From Octopus sinensis (Eukaryota): a stretch of 64,000 nt of DNA. The notes under the pieces are model-generated. The model made no database searches. It saw only the letters and a program-made list of their open reading frames with translations, and was not told where the DNA came from. Position 1 is the first letter of the stretch; every line of letters begins with the position of its first letter. Below are positions 25,985-38,506 of this stretch, one piece after another. The translations under genes were made by a program, and so were the position numbers. The stretch lies in assembly GCF_006345805.1 (NCBI RefSeq), contig NC_043007.1, forward strand, positions 2,108,001-2,172,000. Reading direction: 5' to 3'.

Positions 25985-26310
25985 CAACTGCAGTTTAAAG
26001 ATCGTTGACTTCCTGACTGGGGGCTGGCGAGCCGGATGGCTGCGCCGGGCTCCAGTCTTGGTCTGGCGGAGTTTCTGCCGTTGGGTGCCCTTCCTGGCGC
26101 CGGCCACTCCGAGAGTGTGGTGGGTGCTTTTTGCGTGCCACCGGCACGGGGGCCGGTCGGGTGGTGCTGGCAGTGACCTCGCTCGAATAATAACAATCCT
26201 TTCTACTATAAGCACAAGGCCTGAAATTTGGGGGAGGGGTTAAGTAGATTATATCGATCCCTGTACTCAAATGGTACTTAATTTATCGACCCCGAAAGAA
26301 TGAAAACGTG
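25985..26310 (-). mobile_element. Family C copy followed by a SINE A short-tail fragment
   Basis: ggatggctgcgccgggctccagtc...gtgccaccggcacg, then cacaaggcctgaaattt...atcgaccccgaaag. Confidence 0.75.
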
Positions 26311-26714
26311 GTTGTGTGGATAAGACGTTCACTTCGCAACCACGATGGAAACGACCGCAATGCAACGACGGCAACAAATAAACGAATATATGTTACGTCC
26401 ACAATTATTAGCCAGAGCATAGTCATGCAACCGGACACTTCTGTTAGACGGTCATGTTTTATATAATGGAGACTAAGTTTGTCTGAAAAGTTTCGCAAAT
26501 AACTGGAGAGAAAGCAGTCTGGAAATGTTATTGAATTAAGTTATGAAAGTTGGTAAAAATAAATATACTTTAATTGGCTTGTCATGTCAAGTGGGCAGAA
26601 ATATTATTAATAAAAGAGACTGGAGAATCTAAATATCCTCCTGCGGAGACACAAGAAGTATAATGCACAGACATAATAGTGGTCCTTTTAATAATTAACA
26701 TTCCTAAGGCAATG

Positions 26715-27355
26715 AACTGGCAGAATCTGTAGTACGCCGGGCGAAATGGCTTAGCGGCATTTCGCCCGTCGCTACGGTCCGTGTTCAAATTCCACCAAAG
26801 TCGACTTTGCCTTTCATCTGTAACAAGATGAGAGATTCCCGCCCCTGGAGGGGTGCTGCTCGCATCCTTTACATTAAATATTAATTGAAGAAAGAGTCAA
26901 GATTTTCCGTTAACTTCAACAGTATAAATATTTATTTCTTGATTCGCAATATAAACATTTCCTTCCTCTGGGCGAATCGGCAACCTAGGAGCTTATTGGC
27001 AGTAGTCAAGAGGAGTGAGTCAATCCTGCTCATTCAAGCATAGCGGGGATGCGTCACGAGGTAGCAGCTCGAGTGAGCTGCTGGAGACACATCTGTATCG
27101 TTCAGCTGCTAGCGACCAAAAGAGAGAGAGACACCAGAGAATTTCGTTGCTGCTAGTTTTCTGCGCATGCGCATGAGGGAACTTTCGGCAGGCCTTCCGG
27201 AAGATTCCAACCCTGCGTATGCGTGCTGGAGATTTCCAAGATGGCGTCACTACACATCCTTTTGGTGATCGATAAAATATGCAGTAGTTGAGCCCTAGGG
27301 TCGATGCAATCGACTTACTCTTCCTCCGAAATTGCAGACCTTGTGCCAAACTTGG
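26715..27355 (+). mobile_element. SINE A split by a solo LTR
   Basis: The consensus gcctttcatc|ctttcggggtcgat is interrupted exactly at catc. Confidence 0.85.
26819..27254 (-). mobile_element. Solo LTR, 436 bp, probably Gypsy-type
   Basis: TGTA...TACA termini, 4-bp TSD CATC (26815-26818 and 27255-27258), and a minus-strand AATAAA near 26930. Orientation is inferred from that AATAAA. Confidence 0.85.
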
Positions 27356-27712
27356 GAATCAATAATTAACATTGAGACGATGAACTGGTAGATTCGTTAG
27401 TATGCCGAGCAAAATGCTTAGCAGCGTTTCGTCTGGCTTTTTACGTTCTGAGTTCAAATTCCGCCGAATTTGAGGTCGACTTTGCATTTCATCCTTTTGG
27501 GTCGATAATAAAAAAAGTATTTGTGGAACATTGGGGATGATGCAATCCACTGACTCCCATCCCTGAAATTACTGGCCTTGTGCCAACAGAAGAAAATTTT
27601 CTTGTTTTTTGTTAGTGTTTACTTATGTTTTTATGTCAAACCCCTCTGTCCCTTGTTTTTGTATTGTCCGTTTTTGTTTTTGTGTTCAGCCCTTGTGGCT
27701 AATAAAGAAAGG

Positions 27713-27759
<47 letters not shown>

Positions 27760-27760
27760 C

Positions 27761-27808
<48 letters not shown>

Positions 27809-27810
<2 letters not shown>

Positions 27811-28297
27811 CTTCAGACAAAGAACATGCCTCCTCATTGATATGACTGTCCCAATCGATATAAACGTATCTGTCAAGACCTACCAAAAACTGAGCAAATA
27901 TAAAGATCTTGGAATAGAAATCAGCAGAATGTGGAACCTGAAGACTAAAACAATACCTGTTGTCATAGGTGCCCTGGGAATGATAACAAAAGGGGCTGAT
28001 TACTACCTAACTCAGATACCTGGAAACCCCAAAATGGCAGAAATTCAAAAGATAGTGCTCATGGGAACTGCTCATATCCTACGCAAAATACTTTCTATGT
28101 AATCCCAAGTTTTAAAACAAACATAATTTTCGTATGGTTTTTTTTAGGCTTTCACTAGTACAACACTAAGTACAAAACCAAATATATGGCACCCTAGGCA
28201 TAACACCAACACGAACTTCCAACTTGTTGTCTCTTGAGGTCTCTGAGTGAGACTTGGAGTCAACTTGTACAAATGTAAAGCAAAAGTCAAACATAGA
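27809..28297 (+). mobile_element. 5'-truncated R4/Dong-like LINE, subfamily 1 (endonuclease C-terminus and 3' UTR), in (TAA)n
   Basis: CLLIDMTVPIDINVSVKTYQKLSKYKDL...VPVVIGALG-type restriction-like endonuclease motifs; TAA repeats on both sides. Confidence 0.9.
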
Positions 28298-28326
28298 ATA
28301 ATAATAATCATAATCATAATAATAAT

Positions 28327-28901
28327 GGTATAAACACCATCCTGAAGCTGTGACTGAGGGAGAAAATGTGTCGATTCTATGGGACTCCCCGTACATACCG
28401 ACAAAACTATAAAAACTAAAAAACCGGACATTATTATAAAAGATCAGACTAAAAAGGTGTGTTTATTAATTGACATGAGTATTCCTTGCGATCACAATAT
28501 AGTGGCGAAAGAATTTGACAAGATTAGTAAATATAAAGACTTGCTAATAGAAATTGAAAAAATGTGGCATCTCAAGGCGACTACAGTACCAGTGATTGTA
28601 GGATCTCTAGGAATGATAAAAAAAGGTACTGAAACCTCTTTGAAAGTGATTCCAGGCTTACCATCCTTACAGGAAGTGCAAAAATCGTGTTAACTGGAAT
28701 GGCTCATGTACTGAGAAGAGCATTATCACTGTGAAAACAACATCTATCCATGAATTTATTTATTTATTAATTTTTAAATACATATTTTATCTGTGAATTT
28801 GCGCGTGTAATCTGGGAATGCATACAATGAGCTTCTCTGCCCTTGGTGTATGGAAAACACTCGGCGAGAAACGGAAGAAAATTTGAAGAAAGAAGGAAAA
28901 A
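28327..28901 (+). mobile_element. 5'-truncated R4/Dong-like LINE, subfamily 2
   Basis: WYKHHPE...KPDIIIKD...LIDMSIPCD...KISKYKDL; flanked by TAA repeats. Confidence 0.9.
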
Positions 28902-28914
28902 TATAATAATAATG

Positions 28915-28966
<52 letters not shown>

Positions 28967-28969
28967 TAA

Positions 28970-29979
28970 CCAGGTTGAAGAAAATACGCCAACTGCTGCT
29001 GCAAAGAGAAGAAAATTAATTGCATAGATAAAAGCACGTGAAAAATTAGCTAGCAGATGGGAACAGAATCCTCTGCATGGCAAGTATGTGGCCCGTAGCA
29101 AACAAGCTGATGTCGACCAGAAACACATGCATCAATGGTTACGAAGCTCAGGGCTAAAAGCAGAGAGTGAAGGTTTCATATTAGCTGCTCAAGACCAAAG
29201 CTTATTAACCCGGAACTACCAAGCCAATGTGATAAAAAATGGAGCTGACTCAAAATACCGATTCTGTAACGATGAGATTGAAACAATAGACCACCTAATC
29301 TCCGGGTGTAGAGTCTTAGCACCTGCAGAACATAAAGCAAGACATGGCAGAGTCGGCCAGTATTTACATTGAACAATATGTCGGTATTATAAAATCAAAA
29401 CAGCTAACAAATGGTATAAACACCATCCTGAAGCTGTGACTTACGGAGAAAATGTGTCGATTCCATGGGACTACCCCGTACATACCGACAAAACTATAAA
29501 AACTAAAAAACCGGACATTATTATAAAAGATCAGACAAAAAAGATGTGTTTATTAATTGACATGAGTATTCCTTGCGATCACAATATAATGGCGAAAGAA
29601 TTTGACAAGATCAGTAAATATAAAGATTTGCTAATAGAAATTGGAAAAAATGTGGCATCGCAAGGCGACTACAGTACCAGTGATTGTAGGATCTCTAGGA
29701 ATGATAAAAAAAAGGTACTGAAACCTATTTGAAAAAGATACCAGGCTTACCATCCCTACAGGAAGTGCAAAAAATCGTATTAATTGGAACGGCTCATGTA
29801 CTGAGAAGAGCATTATCACTGTGAAAACAACATCCATTCATGAATTTATTTATTTATTAATTTTTTAAATACATATTTTACCTGCGAATTTGCGTGTATA
29901 ATCTGGGAATGCATAAAATGAGCTTCTCTGCCCTAGGTGTACGAAAATCACTCGGCGAGAAACGGAACAACATTTGAAG

Positions 29980-29980
<1 letters not shown>
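28970..29980 (+). mobile_element. Longer 5'-truncated R4/Dong-like LINE, subfamily 2
   Basis: PLHGKY...WLRSSGLKAESEGFILAAQDQSLLTRNY...RFCN..ETIDHLISGC (zinc knuckle), then the PD..D endonuclease, with stops and frameshifts. TAA flanks. Confidence 0.92.
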
Positions 29981-30033
<53 letters not shown>

Positions 30034-30049
30034 TAATAATAATAATAAT

Positions 30050-30261
30050 TCTTTCAACTATAAGCACAAGGCCTGAAATTTGGGAGAGGGGTTCAGTCAA
30101 TTATATCGACCCCTGTACTCCAATGGTACTTAATTTATTGACCCCGAAAGAATGAAAGGCAAAGTCGACCTCGGCGGATTTTGAACTCAGAACGTAACTG
30201 TAGACGGAATACCGCAAAGCATTTTGTCTAACGTGTTAATGATTCTGCCAGCTCACCGCCT

Positions 30262-30262
<1 letters not shown>
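30050..30262 (-). mobile_element. SINE A short-tail variant within TAA repeats
   Basis: agcacaaggcctgaaattt...gaaaggcaaagtcgacctcggcgg...gccagctcaccgcctt. Confidence 0.85.
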
Positions 30263-30303
<41 letters not shown>

Positions 30304-30356
30304 GTAAAAATAATAATAATAATACTACTACTACTAATAATAATAATAATAACAAT

Positions 30357-30876
30357 AAGGCAGTGGCTCACTGATTGGAGGTGTTATCATGTACATTGTT
30401 TTGTATTGGTATAAAAGATGAGCTACAGCAAATATTCTGCTCAATACCATAGATTTGCTTGTCAGTTGTTTGACCTTAACCAGTTGACAATGTCCCTTAG
30501 TGGTTGACGATATCTGCAATTCTGATCATGAGCAGAAGTAGTGGGGGAGCATCATAGCCATGTTTTGAGAGGAATTCTTTGGGGTTTGAATAATTCACCT
30601 CTGGAAACATAGGTGTTTCGTTCAACATCCTTAAACGACCCTTATTCAGGGATAATTTGAGCGGGACGGGCTACTTAACCCGAAGAAATTACGAACTGGG
30701 CCCCACCTGCAAGGTCATGCGCCGTTTATCTTGATATGAGATCACCATGTCCTGCAGATATGGTTGTGATGCATTTGCCTGGTGTACCCTTATCAGACAG
30801 GTAGTCATGATGGGTATACTGGGCTTCGTATATTTTACCATAGTCACTTTGATGGCATGCACTGCTCTCTCACTCA
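30357..30876. mobile_element. Unclassified interspersed repeat, family E, bounded by (TAA)/(TAC)n
   Basis: A second partial copy at 33271-33508 shares gtgtttcgttca.catccttaaac.acccttattcaggga...gggcttcgtatatttta. Confidence 0.7.
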
Positions 30877-30877
30877 A

Positions 30878-30948
<71 letters not shown>

Positions 30949-30956
30949 TTAATAAT

Positions 30957-31310
30957 AAATCCAGGTATCAATGCCAACAGATGACAACGTTTCTCTAAAA
31001 AGAAATGGAGAAACTTTCAAAATACAAAGATCTGGAAATAGAGTTAATTCGAATGTGGAGTCTAAAAACAGAAACAATTCCTATCATAATTAGCGCATTA
31101 GGTATGATAAAAAAATATTCAGACAAATGCATAACAAAAACATCAGGACTAACAAATATATATAACATAACAAACACTGCACACATCCTACGTAAAACAC
31201 TTTCAATACAGTAAAAATAAGAGCATCACAACAAACCACAGCATATACACAAGTCACACAGGGCTGCGCTCGGTAGTGCAGTGAAAGTACGTGATAAAAA
31301 TAAAACTACC
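30957..31310 (+). mobile_element. 5'-truncated R4/Dong-like LINE, subfamily 3
   Basis: EKLSKYKDLEIELIRMWSLKTETIPIIISALGMIKK...TAHILRKTLSIQ*; a distinct 3' UTR; TAA flanks. Confidence 0.85.
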
Positions 31311-31341
<31 letters not shown>

Positions 31342-32290
31342 TCAGTGAGATGAGGTTTTAGATCTTGCATGATTCCTTTTGTTACATAGTTGCTAATTTT
31401 AATTTGTTTTTTAATTTTTATTGTATTTGCGAGTTTATGAAGTGGTTCTCCATCATGCACATTGGCATGCCTTACAACTGCAAGCTTATCCAGGATTTTC
31501 TGTTTCATTTCTTTCAGTATTCTTCACCAAATATATGGTCTTCAAATACTGTTTCTTTACCACTTTCGTCACTATCGTTATCAGGTTCATTACAATTTTG
31601 TTTCTTCAGACATTTGCATGTTCTGGTCAGATGGCGGTCTTTCAGTTGAGACACTCGGAGGTTTGCTCTCTTCGTCTGATTCTTTATTTCCTTTCTGTTT
31701 TATATCTAACTCATTGTCGGCTGCGTGTCTGATCGTGATTAATCCACTATCAGTGAGTTTATTATTTCTAAAGATATCCCTCCTAATATTTGCTCACTTG
31801 TTTTTGTCCAAATATCGTCTGCTGTCTTAATTTCGTATTCTCCATATTTGATACGAGTGTGCGGCGTGTTTCTCTTCTGAAGGGCTACTTAATAAGCGCA
31901 GTAACAAACGTATATTACTTCTCGAGTCCTTTTGATTCTCTTACAGTTCTCTTTCTGTGGTGGCTCGTTTGGTGAACTTGGAGGGATCGAGTTGGGGAAG
32001 TTCCCGTTCAAGTGATTATCCAGGTTCGTATTCAGAGAAAAGTTTGTGTCAATAGATGATTTTTTTGACCCCAGGCTGGATGTGCTTCGAGCTTATCCAT
32101 AGGACAAGCGATTTGGTGTACTGTTGTAATTTTTGTTTCCGTTTCGTAAGACATTTTTGTGCTACATTAAAATCATTAGTATTTGAGCCCCGTGTCCCAG
32201 ACGTAGAGACGGTTATAATCTCAGCTACTACTGTCAACTACGCCATTATTACTGTTACGTGTACTTCTAGCTTACTGTTATAGCAGCAGT
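31342..32290 (-). mobile_element. 5' portion (N-terminal ORF region) of an R4/Dong-like LINE, decayed
   Basis: Minus-strand remnant D(K)NK*ANIRRDIFRNNKLTDS resembles the N-terminal domain of this clade as I recall it. Confidence 0.55.
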
Positions 32291-32316
32291 GACCATCGTT
32301 AGTTAGCACCAATACC

Positions 32317-32545
32317 TATTTCTTTACTACCCACAAGGGGCTACACACAGAGGGGACAAACAAGGACAGACAAATGGATTAAGTCGATTATATCGACCCC
32401 AGTGCGTAACTGGTACTTATTTAATCGACCCCGAAAGGATGAAAGGCAAAGTCGACCTCGGCGGAATTTGAACTAAGAACATAGCGGCAGACGAAATACT
32501 GTTAAGCATTTCGCCCGGCGTGCTAACGATTCTGCCAGCTCGCTG
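32317..32545 (-). mobile_element. Near-consensus SINE A, long tail
   Basis: 13-bp TSD tagcaccaatacc at 32304-32316 and 32546-32558. Confidence 0.92.
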
Positions 32546-32997
32546 TAGCACCAATACCACCATGGCCTGGTATCATTGCGGTCAGACTTTATAGCCATGG
32601 CAACAGGGTAGCGATTATCATGGTTGTTATGAGCTGCTGCAGAATCCAGTTAAGTCTGCCATCTTTGCTCCTATTACTGAGTATTATTATTAAAGGTTTA
32701 TAGTTTCGACGTTTATATTGTACTTGAGATAATCATTAATACGCGGGGGATAGAGGAACAGCAGGCGGAAGATAAGTAGCTTGGTAAAATTAAAAAACAC
32801 AGCCTAATACCACCAGTCTGTGAACAGGTTCAACAGATGGTGACAAGATCAGCAACGGATCTGGCTTACACAAAAGGAGCGGGTAATCTTTACAGCAGAT
32901 GTTAAATATGTGTTTACGACCACAGTGATCAATGAGTGAGGCGACCTTGGAAAGAAGCAAATCACCTTGTTCTCTTTTAATTACTGATAGAATATCT

Positions 32998-33040
<43 letters not shown>

Positions 33041-33088
33041 ACACACACACACACACCACACACACACACACACACACAACACACACAC

Positions 33089-33270
33089 AAAGACCAGATT
33101 TAGTCCTATGGAACAGAGAACGGAGAATAGGAATTTTGCTAGAACTGACAGTGCCATGGGAAGAGAACATGGGCAATGCAGAGAAACGAAAGGAGAAGAA
33201 GTACGAAAAACTAATCGAAGAGTGCAGAGAACAGGGATGGAATGTCGAGTATTACCACCTGGCAGTGGGG
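33089..33270 (+). mobile_element. HERO/NeSL-like LINE restriction-like endonuclease fragment
   Basis: RPDLVLWN...ILLELTVPWEENM..AEKRKEKKYEKLIEECREQGW. Confidence 0.8.
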
Positions 33271-33508
33271 AAACCTGGGTGTTTCGTTCAGCATCCTTAA
33301 ACAACCCTTATTCAGGGACCTTTTGAGCGGGATGGGTTACTCGACCAGTAGAAAATTCTAACTGGGCTCCACCTGCAAGGTTATGTGCTGTTTATCTTGA
33401 TATGAGATCACCATGTCGTGCACATACGGTTGTGATGCATGTGCCTAGTGTACTCTTATCAGACGGGTAGTTATGATGGGTATATTGGGCTTCGTATATT
33501 TTACACTG
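33271..33508. mobile_element. Family E partial copy ending in (TAA)n
   Basis: Homologous to 30605-30838. Confidence 0.7.
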
Positions 33509-33509
33509 A

Positions 33510-33542
<33 letters not shown>

Positions 33543-34282
33543 CTCGTGCATACACAACATAGATTGTGTGTAAATGCTTGTACGAGCAAATAGCCAGCCT
33601 GTGTTAATTAGAGAGATTATGCTAAACCAACTTTGGCACCTCAATGTGGTTGCTTACTTTGCTAAAGATAGTAACCAAATCTACCCAAACTATTTCCTTT
33701 AGTCTTCGGGATTTATTATTTCGGAAAATGAAAAAAAGGAAGATAGTGATTGCTATAACTTGAGTATAAACTTATTTCATCGGTGCTTTACTTGACGACG
33801 ACGACGACGACAACGACAACAACAACAACAAAAACAACAAACCTCCTGCGTGGCGTAAAAGAATTATTGTTAGTGCAAAATATAATATTACTAAAGAAAA
33901 ATTGGTTAAAGAAAGAAAATCAAACGAATTTTGTATAACTATGAAGAATTTGGTAGACTAAATTTTACAAGAGTTGTGTTAAAAACTAATTCCCTAGATT
34001 AATGAATATAAATAAAGTGGAAACCAGACAGCAGCGACAAAGGAAAACAGGACTTCTGAGAGGTTTTATTGTCATATGAAAGGAAACGGTGCAAAAGCTA
34101 GAAACATGAAACTTAAACGGGCAGACTTAAAAGCGAAAAGCTAAGAGAATCGTTTGCACGCCGGATAAAGTGCTTAGCGACATTTCTTCCGACTTAATGT
34201 TCTAAGTTCAAATGTCACTGAGATCGACTTTGTCTTTCATCCTTTCGGGGTCGATAAAGTTCAGGCCTTGTGACTAGAGTAG

Positions 34283-34700
34283 GATTGGCTGTGTGGTAAG
34301 TAGCTTGCTTACGAACCACATTGTTTGGGGTTCAGTCCCACTGCATGGCACCTTGGGCAAGTGTCTTCTACTATAGTCTCAGGCCGACCAAAGCCTTCTG
34401 AGTGGATTTGGTAGCCGGAAACTGAAAGAAGCCCGTCGTATATATGTATATATATATTGTGTATGTATGTATGTGTGTGTATATGTCTGCGTGTCTGTGT
34501 TTGTCTCCCCAACATCGCTTGACAACCGATACTGGTGTGTTTACGTCCCCGTAACTTAGCGATTCGGCAAAATAGACCGATACAAAAGAGACTTATAAAG
34601 AATAAGTCCTGGGGTCGATTTGTTCGACTAAAGGCGGTGCTCCAGCATGGCCACAGTCAAATGACTGAAACAAGTAAAAGAGAGTAAAGAGAGTAGAAAT
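34283..34700 (+). mobile_element. SINE B, full length
   Basis: tggctgtgtggtaagtagcttgc head, ggttcagtccc B box, accttgggcaagtgtcttc CORE-like segment, internal microsatellite, aagtaaaagag tail. Confidence 0.9.
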
Positions 34701-36509
34701 AATGACTATGTAGTAAGTGGTGGAGTCTCCGTCGATTTCGATGGTAAGAAAACGAAGTTTGTGAATATGGCTATAACCACCTCATAAGGAAGGAAGAGGA
34801 CGGCATTTAAGGCATTGCGCGCGCGAGAGAGGGTGGAGTGTGAAAAATCCGAAATTTTAGAGAAAAAAAAAACTTTCAGAATCGCAATTCTTGTACGAAA
34901 CACAGGAATACTCATAATAAAAGGGAGAAAAACCATCGAAATCCTTGTCGTTTTCCTTTCTCATGGGGCAGTGATAGCTAATTTTAAAATTTCGTCGTCG
35001 AGCGTTCATTTGTTTGACGAACCGAAATCGTACATGGGATATTACTGTATACCTGTCTGGTTGTTCTTTAGACACCTGTGTATCTTTCACATAAGTCTTA
35101 CGCTGAATTGGTATGACACAATATGACGGTGCTGGACTTTAGAATTGCATGTAAAATTCAGAGAGAAAAAAACCCAAAGGAACACAGAGAGAGGGAGGGA
35201 GAGAGAGAATGGTCTTAGTATTAGGCTGGTACTTTATTTATCGAATCTGGAAGAATGAAAGAGGTTGACCTCGACTCGGCTGGATCTGAACTGAAATCCC
35301 AGAGTGCCAAAACGAATATCACATGGCATTTTACACGACGCTCTTAAGAGATTTTACCGCCTTAATCCAAGAAGTAACCAGGCTGTTGCCATGCTTTTAC
35401 GGCTGGAATATATAAAATTCCAAACATCTGACTCAAATATTAACAAATTAATTATGAGCAACAACTACGACATGCTGGTAGGAGGGAGGGCGGAAAAGCT
35501 ATAATAGCTTAAAAGCTTTTGATCCTATATTTGCTCCATTAGGGCCGAATTGGTTGGTATTAAACAGCGACGATAAAGCTTCTATGCGTGACATGTAAAT
35601 TAAAAAAAAAACGAAACACGATAGAATAAAACTGTATTATTAATAACTAAGAATTGGATAAAATCAAGAGAAAATTCTACGTAGAAATCCAGGAAGTAAC
35701 TAAGTTGCTGCAATGAAAATATGAGCGGAACAGAAAGCGTTTCACACTTCTTGTTAAAATATTGACAAATTAATTCTAAACGAGAAATATGGCATGTTAG
35801 GTTGCTGAGAGAAAAACGCTATAAAATCGTAATATGTAGCGTTTTATAGGCAACTGAAGGAAAATCGATACTGAGTCCTGAATCAGGAGAGATACCCAAC
35901 TTTTAGGAACTCGAGGTCAAAAGCGTGTCTGTTTGCAAAGTGTGTCAGTCATTCTATGTAAGAATTATAAATCACCAAGAAAAAAAGAATATAAACATAT
36001 TTCTTTTTGAAAACAGAAATGGTTTTGCGTAAAGTTCATACGGCTCTCGACGTCGACAGAGCTGTCACGAGATAATGACCTGCTAGAAATAACAACCTGC
36101 TTGAACCTATGTCTCTAAATAAAGTCAGTCAAGATGGCGTGTGGTGGAACCGAAGCTGGATCGAGATTGCGTATTGTGTTTCTTAACTACACATGCATAC
36201 TTGCATCTTGCTTAAAATGCTACACGAGACAGAGTGCTACAACGGAGTTATCATCAATCGTGTCGGGTATATAGATAACCATCATCTTTATAGTGGGCAC
36301 AACGTACAGTTGAAACACTCAAGAAGGTGCTACACAATTTTTGAAAGGATATTGACCTGAGAAGTGGCTGAAGAAATGTGCCAACCTCAATCAGAGCAGA
36401 AAATTCATGAAAGACAATTGTTCGTTATTGGTCTGGAAGAAAGGGATGTAGATCTTCGTGGGTTCTTCCAGACCAGTGACATCGACGGAGTTGATCACTC
36501 TTTTACTCC

Positions 36510-36940
36510 TTTATTTGTTTCAGTCATTTTGTCTGCGGCCATGCTGGAGCACCGCCTTTTAGTTCTGGAGCACTCAGGACTTATTCTTTGTTTGCCTAGC
36601 ACTTATTCTATCGGTCTCTTTTGCTAAGTTACGGGGACGTAAACACACCAACATCGGTTGTCAAGCAATGGTGGGGGTGGGGAGAAACACTGACACACAA
36701 TAATATACATACATACATACATAAATACATATACATGTGTGTATATATATATATATAATATATATATATATATATGCATATATATACGACGGGCTTCTTT
36801 CAGTTTCTGTTTATCAAATCCACTCACAAAGTTTTGGTCGGCCCGGGGCTATAGTAGAAGACACTTTCCCAAGGTGCTACGCAGTGGAACTGAAACCATG
36901 TGGTTGGTAAGCAAGCTACTTACCACACAGCCACTCCTCG
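36510..36940 (-). mobile_element. SINE B, full length
   Basis: Same modules as the other B copies. Confidence 0.9.
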
Positions 36941-37187
36941 GCCTATGATAAGGTCAATATAATTAAAACTGAAAACCCACGACTAATGAAATAATAGACA
37001 TCATTTTTCGAATTGACTGCCGTTATAATACGCTTGACTGGAAACCATAGTGAAACAGCGAAAGTAATTAAATAGACATCAGCAAAAAGAACATTTAAAT
37101 TTAGCGGTAGCTAAAGTAAGCAGTTAGAAAATGTATTTTAACACAGACCTCAAAATATAAGTAGAATATTTTTATAATGGGAAATAA

Positions 37188-37792
37188 GTCGAGGCGTAAT
37201 GGCACAGTGGTTAGGGCAGCGGACTCACGGTTTCAATTCCCAGACCTGGCAGAGACGTTAGCAAACCGGGCGAAATGCTGAGCGGTATTTCGTCTTCCGC
37301 TACGTTCTGAGTTCAAATTCCGCCGAGGTCGACTTTGCCTTTCATCCTTTCGGGGTCGATAAATTAAGTACCAGTTACGCACTGGGGTCGATATAATCGA
37401 CTTAATCCGTTTGTCTGTCCTTGTTTGTCCCCTCTGTGTTTAGCCCCTTGTGGGTAGTACAGAAATAGGTTTCGATTCCCAGACCGGGCGTTGTGCGAAA
37501 ACACCTAAAAGCATTACGAGGCTCCGACAGCGGGGTGGTGGCGAACCCTGATGTACTCTCTTTCACTTCAACTTTCTCTCACTCTTTCTTCCTGTTTCTG
37601 TTGTACCTGTATTTCAAAGGGGCCAGCCTTGTCACACTCTGCGTTACGCTGAATCTCCCCCCCGAAAACTACATTAAGGGTACACGTGTCTGCGGAGTGC
37701 TCAGCCACTTGCACGTTAATTTCATCAGCAGGCTGTTCCGTTGATCGGTTCAACTGGAACCCTCGTCGTCGTAACCGACGGAGTGCACGACG
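37188..37792 (+). mobile_element. tRNA-headed SINE D (tail type 1) with a nested SINE A (about 37246-37467)
   Basis: Outer TSD aatgg(g/t)aaata at 37176 and 37793; inner TSD ggtttc(a/g)attcccagacc at 37229 and 37468. Confidence 0.88.
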
Positions 37793-38034
37793 AATGGTAA
37801 ATATCCTGGAAATTAATTGCTGTAAGTTTCCAGGCATATCTCATGTGGAAAATTAATGCAAATGATTTACAAATGATTTACATCCTCAGTGAAGTATGGA
37901 ACGGGCTCTAGAAAAGACTAAGTGTGTAACATATTTCTCTTGGGAGATTATCGATGTGTTAATTTTAGAAATGTCTAAGAATTGTGTGACTACGAATAGA
38001 AAGAAGTTAATATTAGACGACCGTGTTTTAACGT

Positions 38035-38400
38035 GTATTCTTTTATTTGTTTCAGTCATTTTGACTGCGGCCATGCTCGAGCACCGCTTTTAGACGAGCA
38101 AATCGACTTATTCTTTGTCAGCCTAGTACTTATCCTATCGGTTTGTTTTTGCCGAACCGCTAAGTTACGGGAATGCAAACAAACCAGCATTGGTTGTCAA
38201 GCGATGTTGGGGAGGGGGGGCAAGCACAGACACACAAAGATACACGCACACTCACACACACACACGAAGGGCTTCTTTCAGTTTCCGTCTACCAAATCCA
38301 TTCACAAGGCTTTGGTTGGCCCGAGGCTGTAGTAGAAGACACTTTCCCAAGGTGCCACGCAATGGGACTATACCCAGAACAATGTGGTTAGTAGGCAAGC
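38035..38400 (-). mobile_element. SINE B
   Basis: Same modules as the other B copies. Confidence 0.85.
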
Positions 38401-38506
38401 AACTTTTATTCATCAAATTGGCCATGAAAGCAGTACACAGATGGAGAAGCTGCGGGCTAGACAAAGACATTAATGAGATGAGGATGATAATGATGAACAA
38501 AAATGG

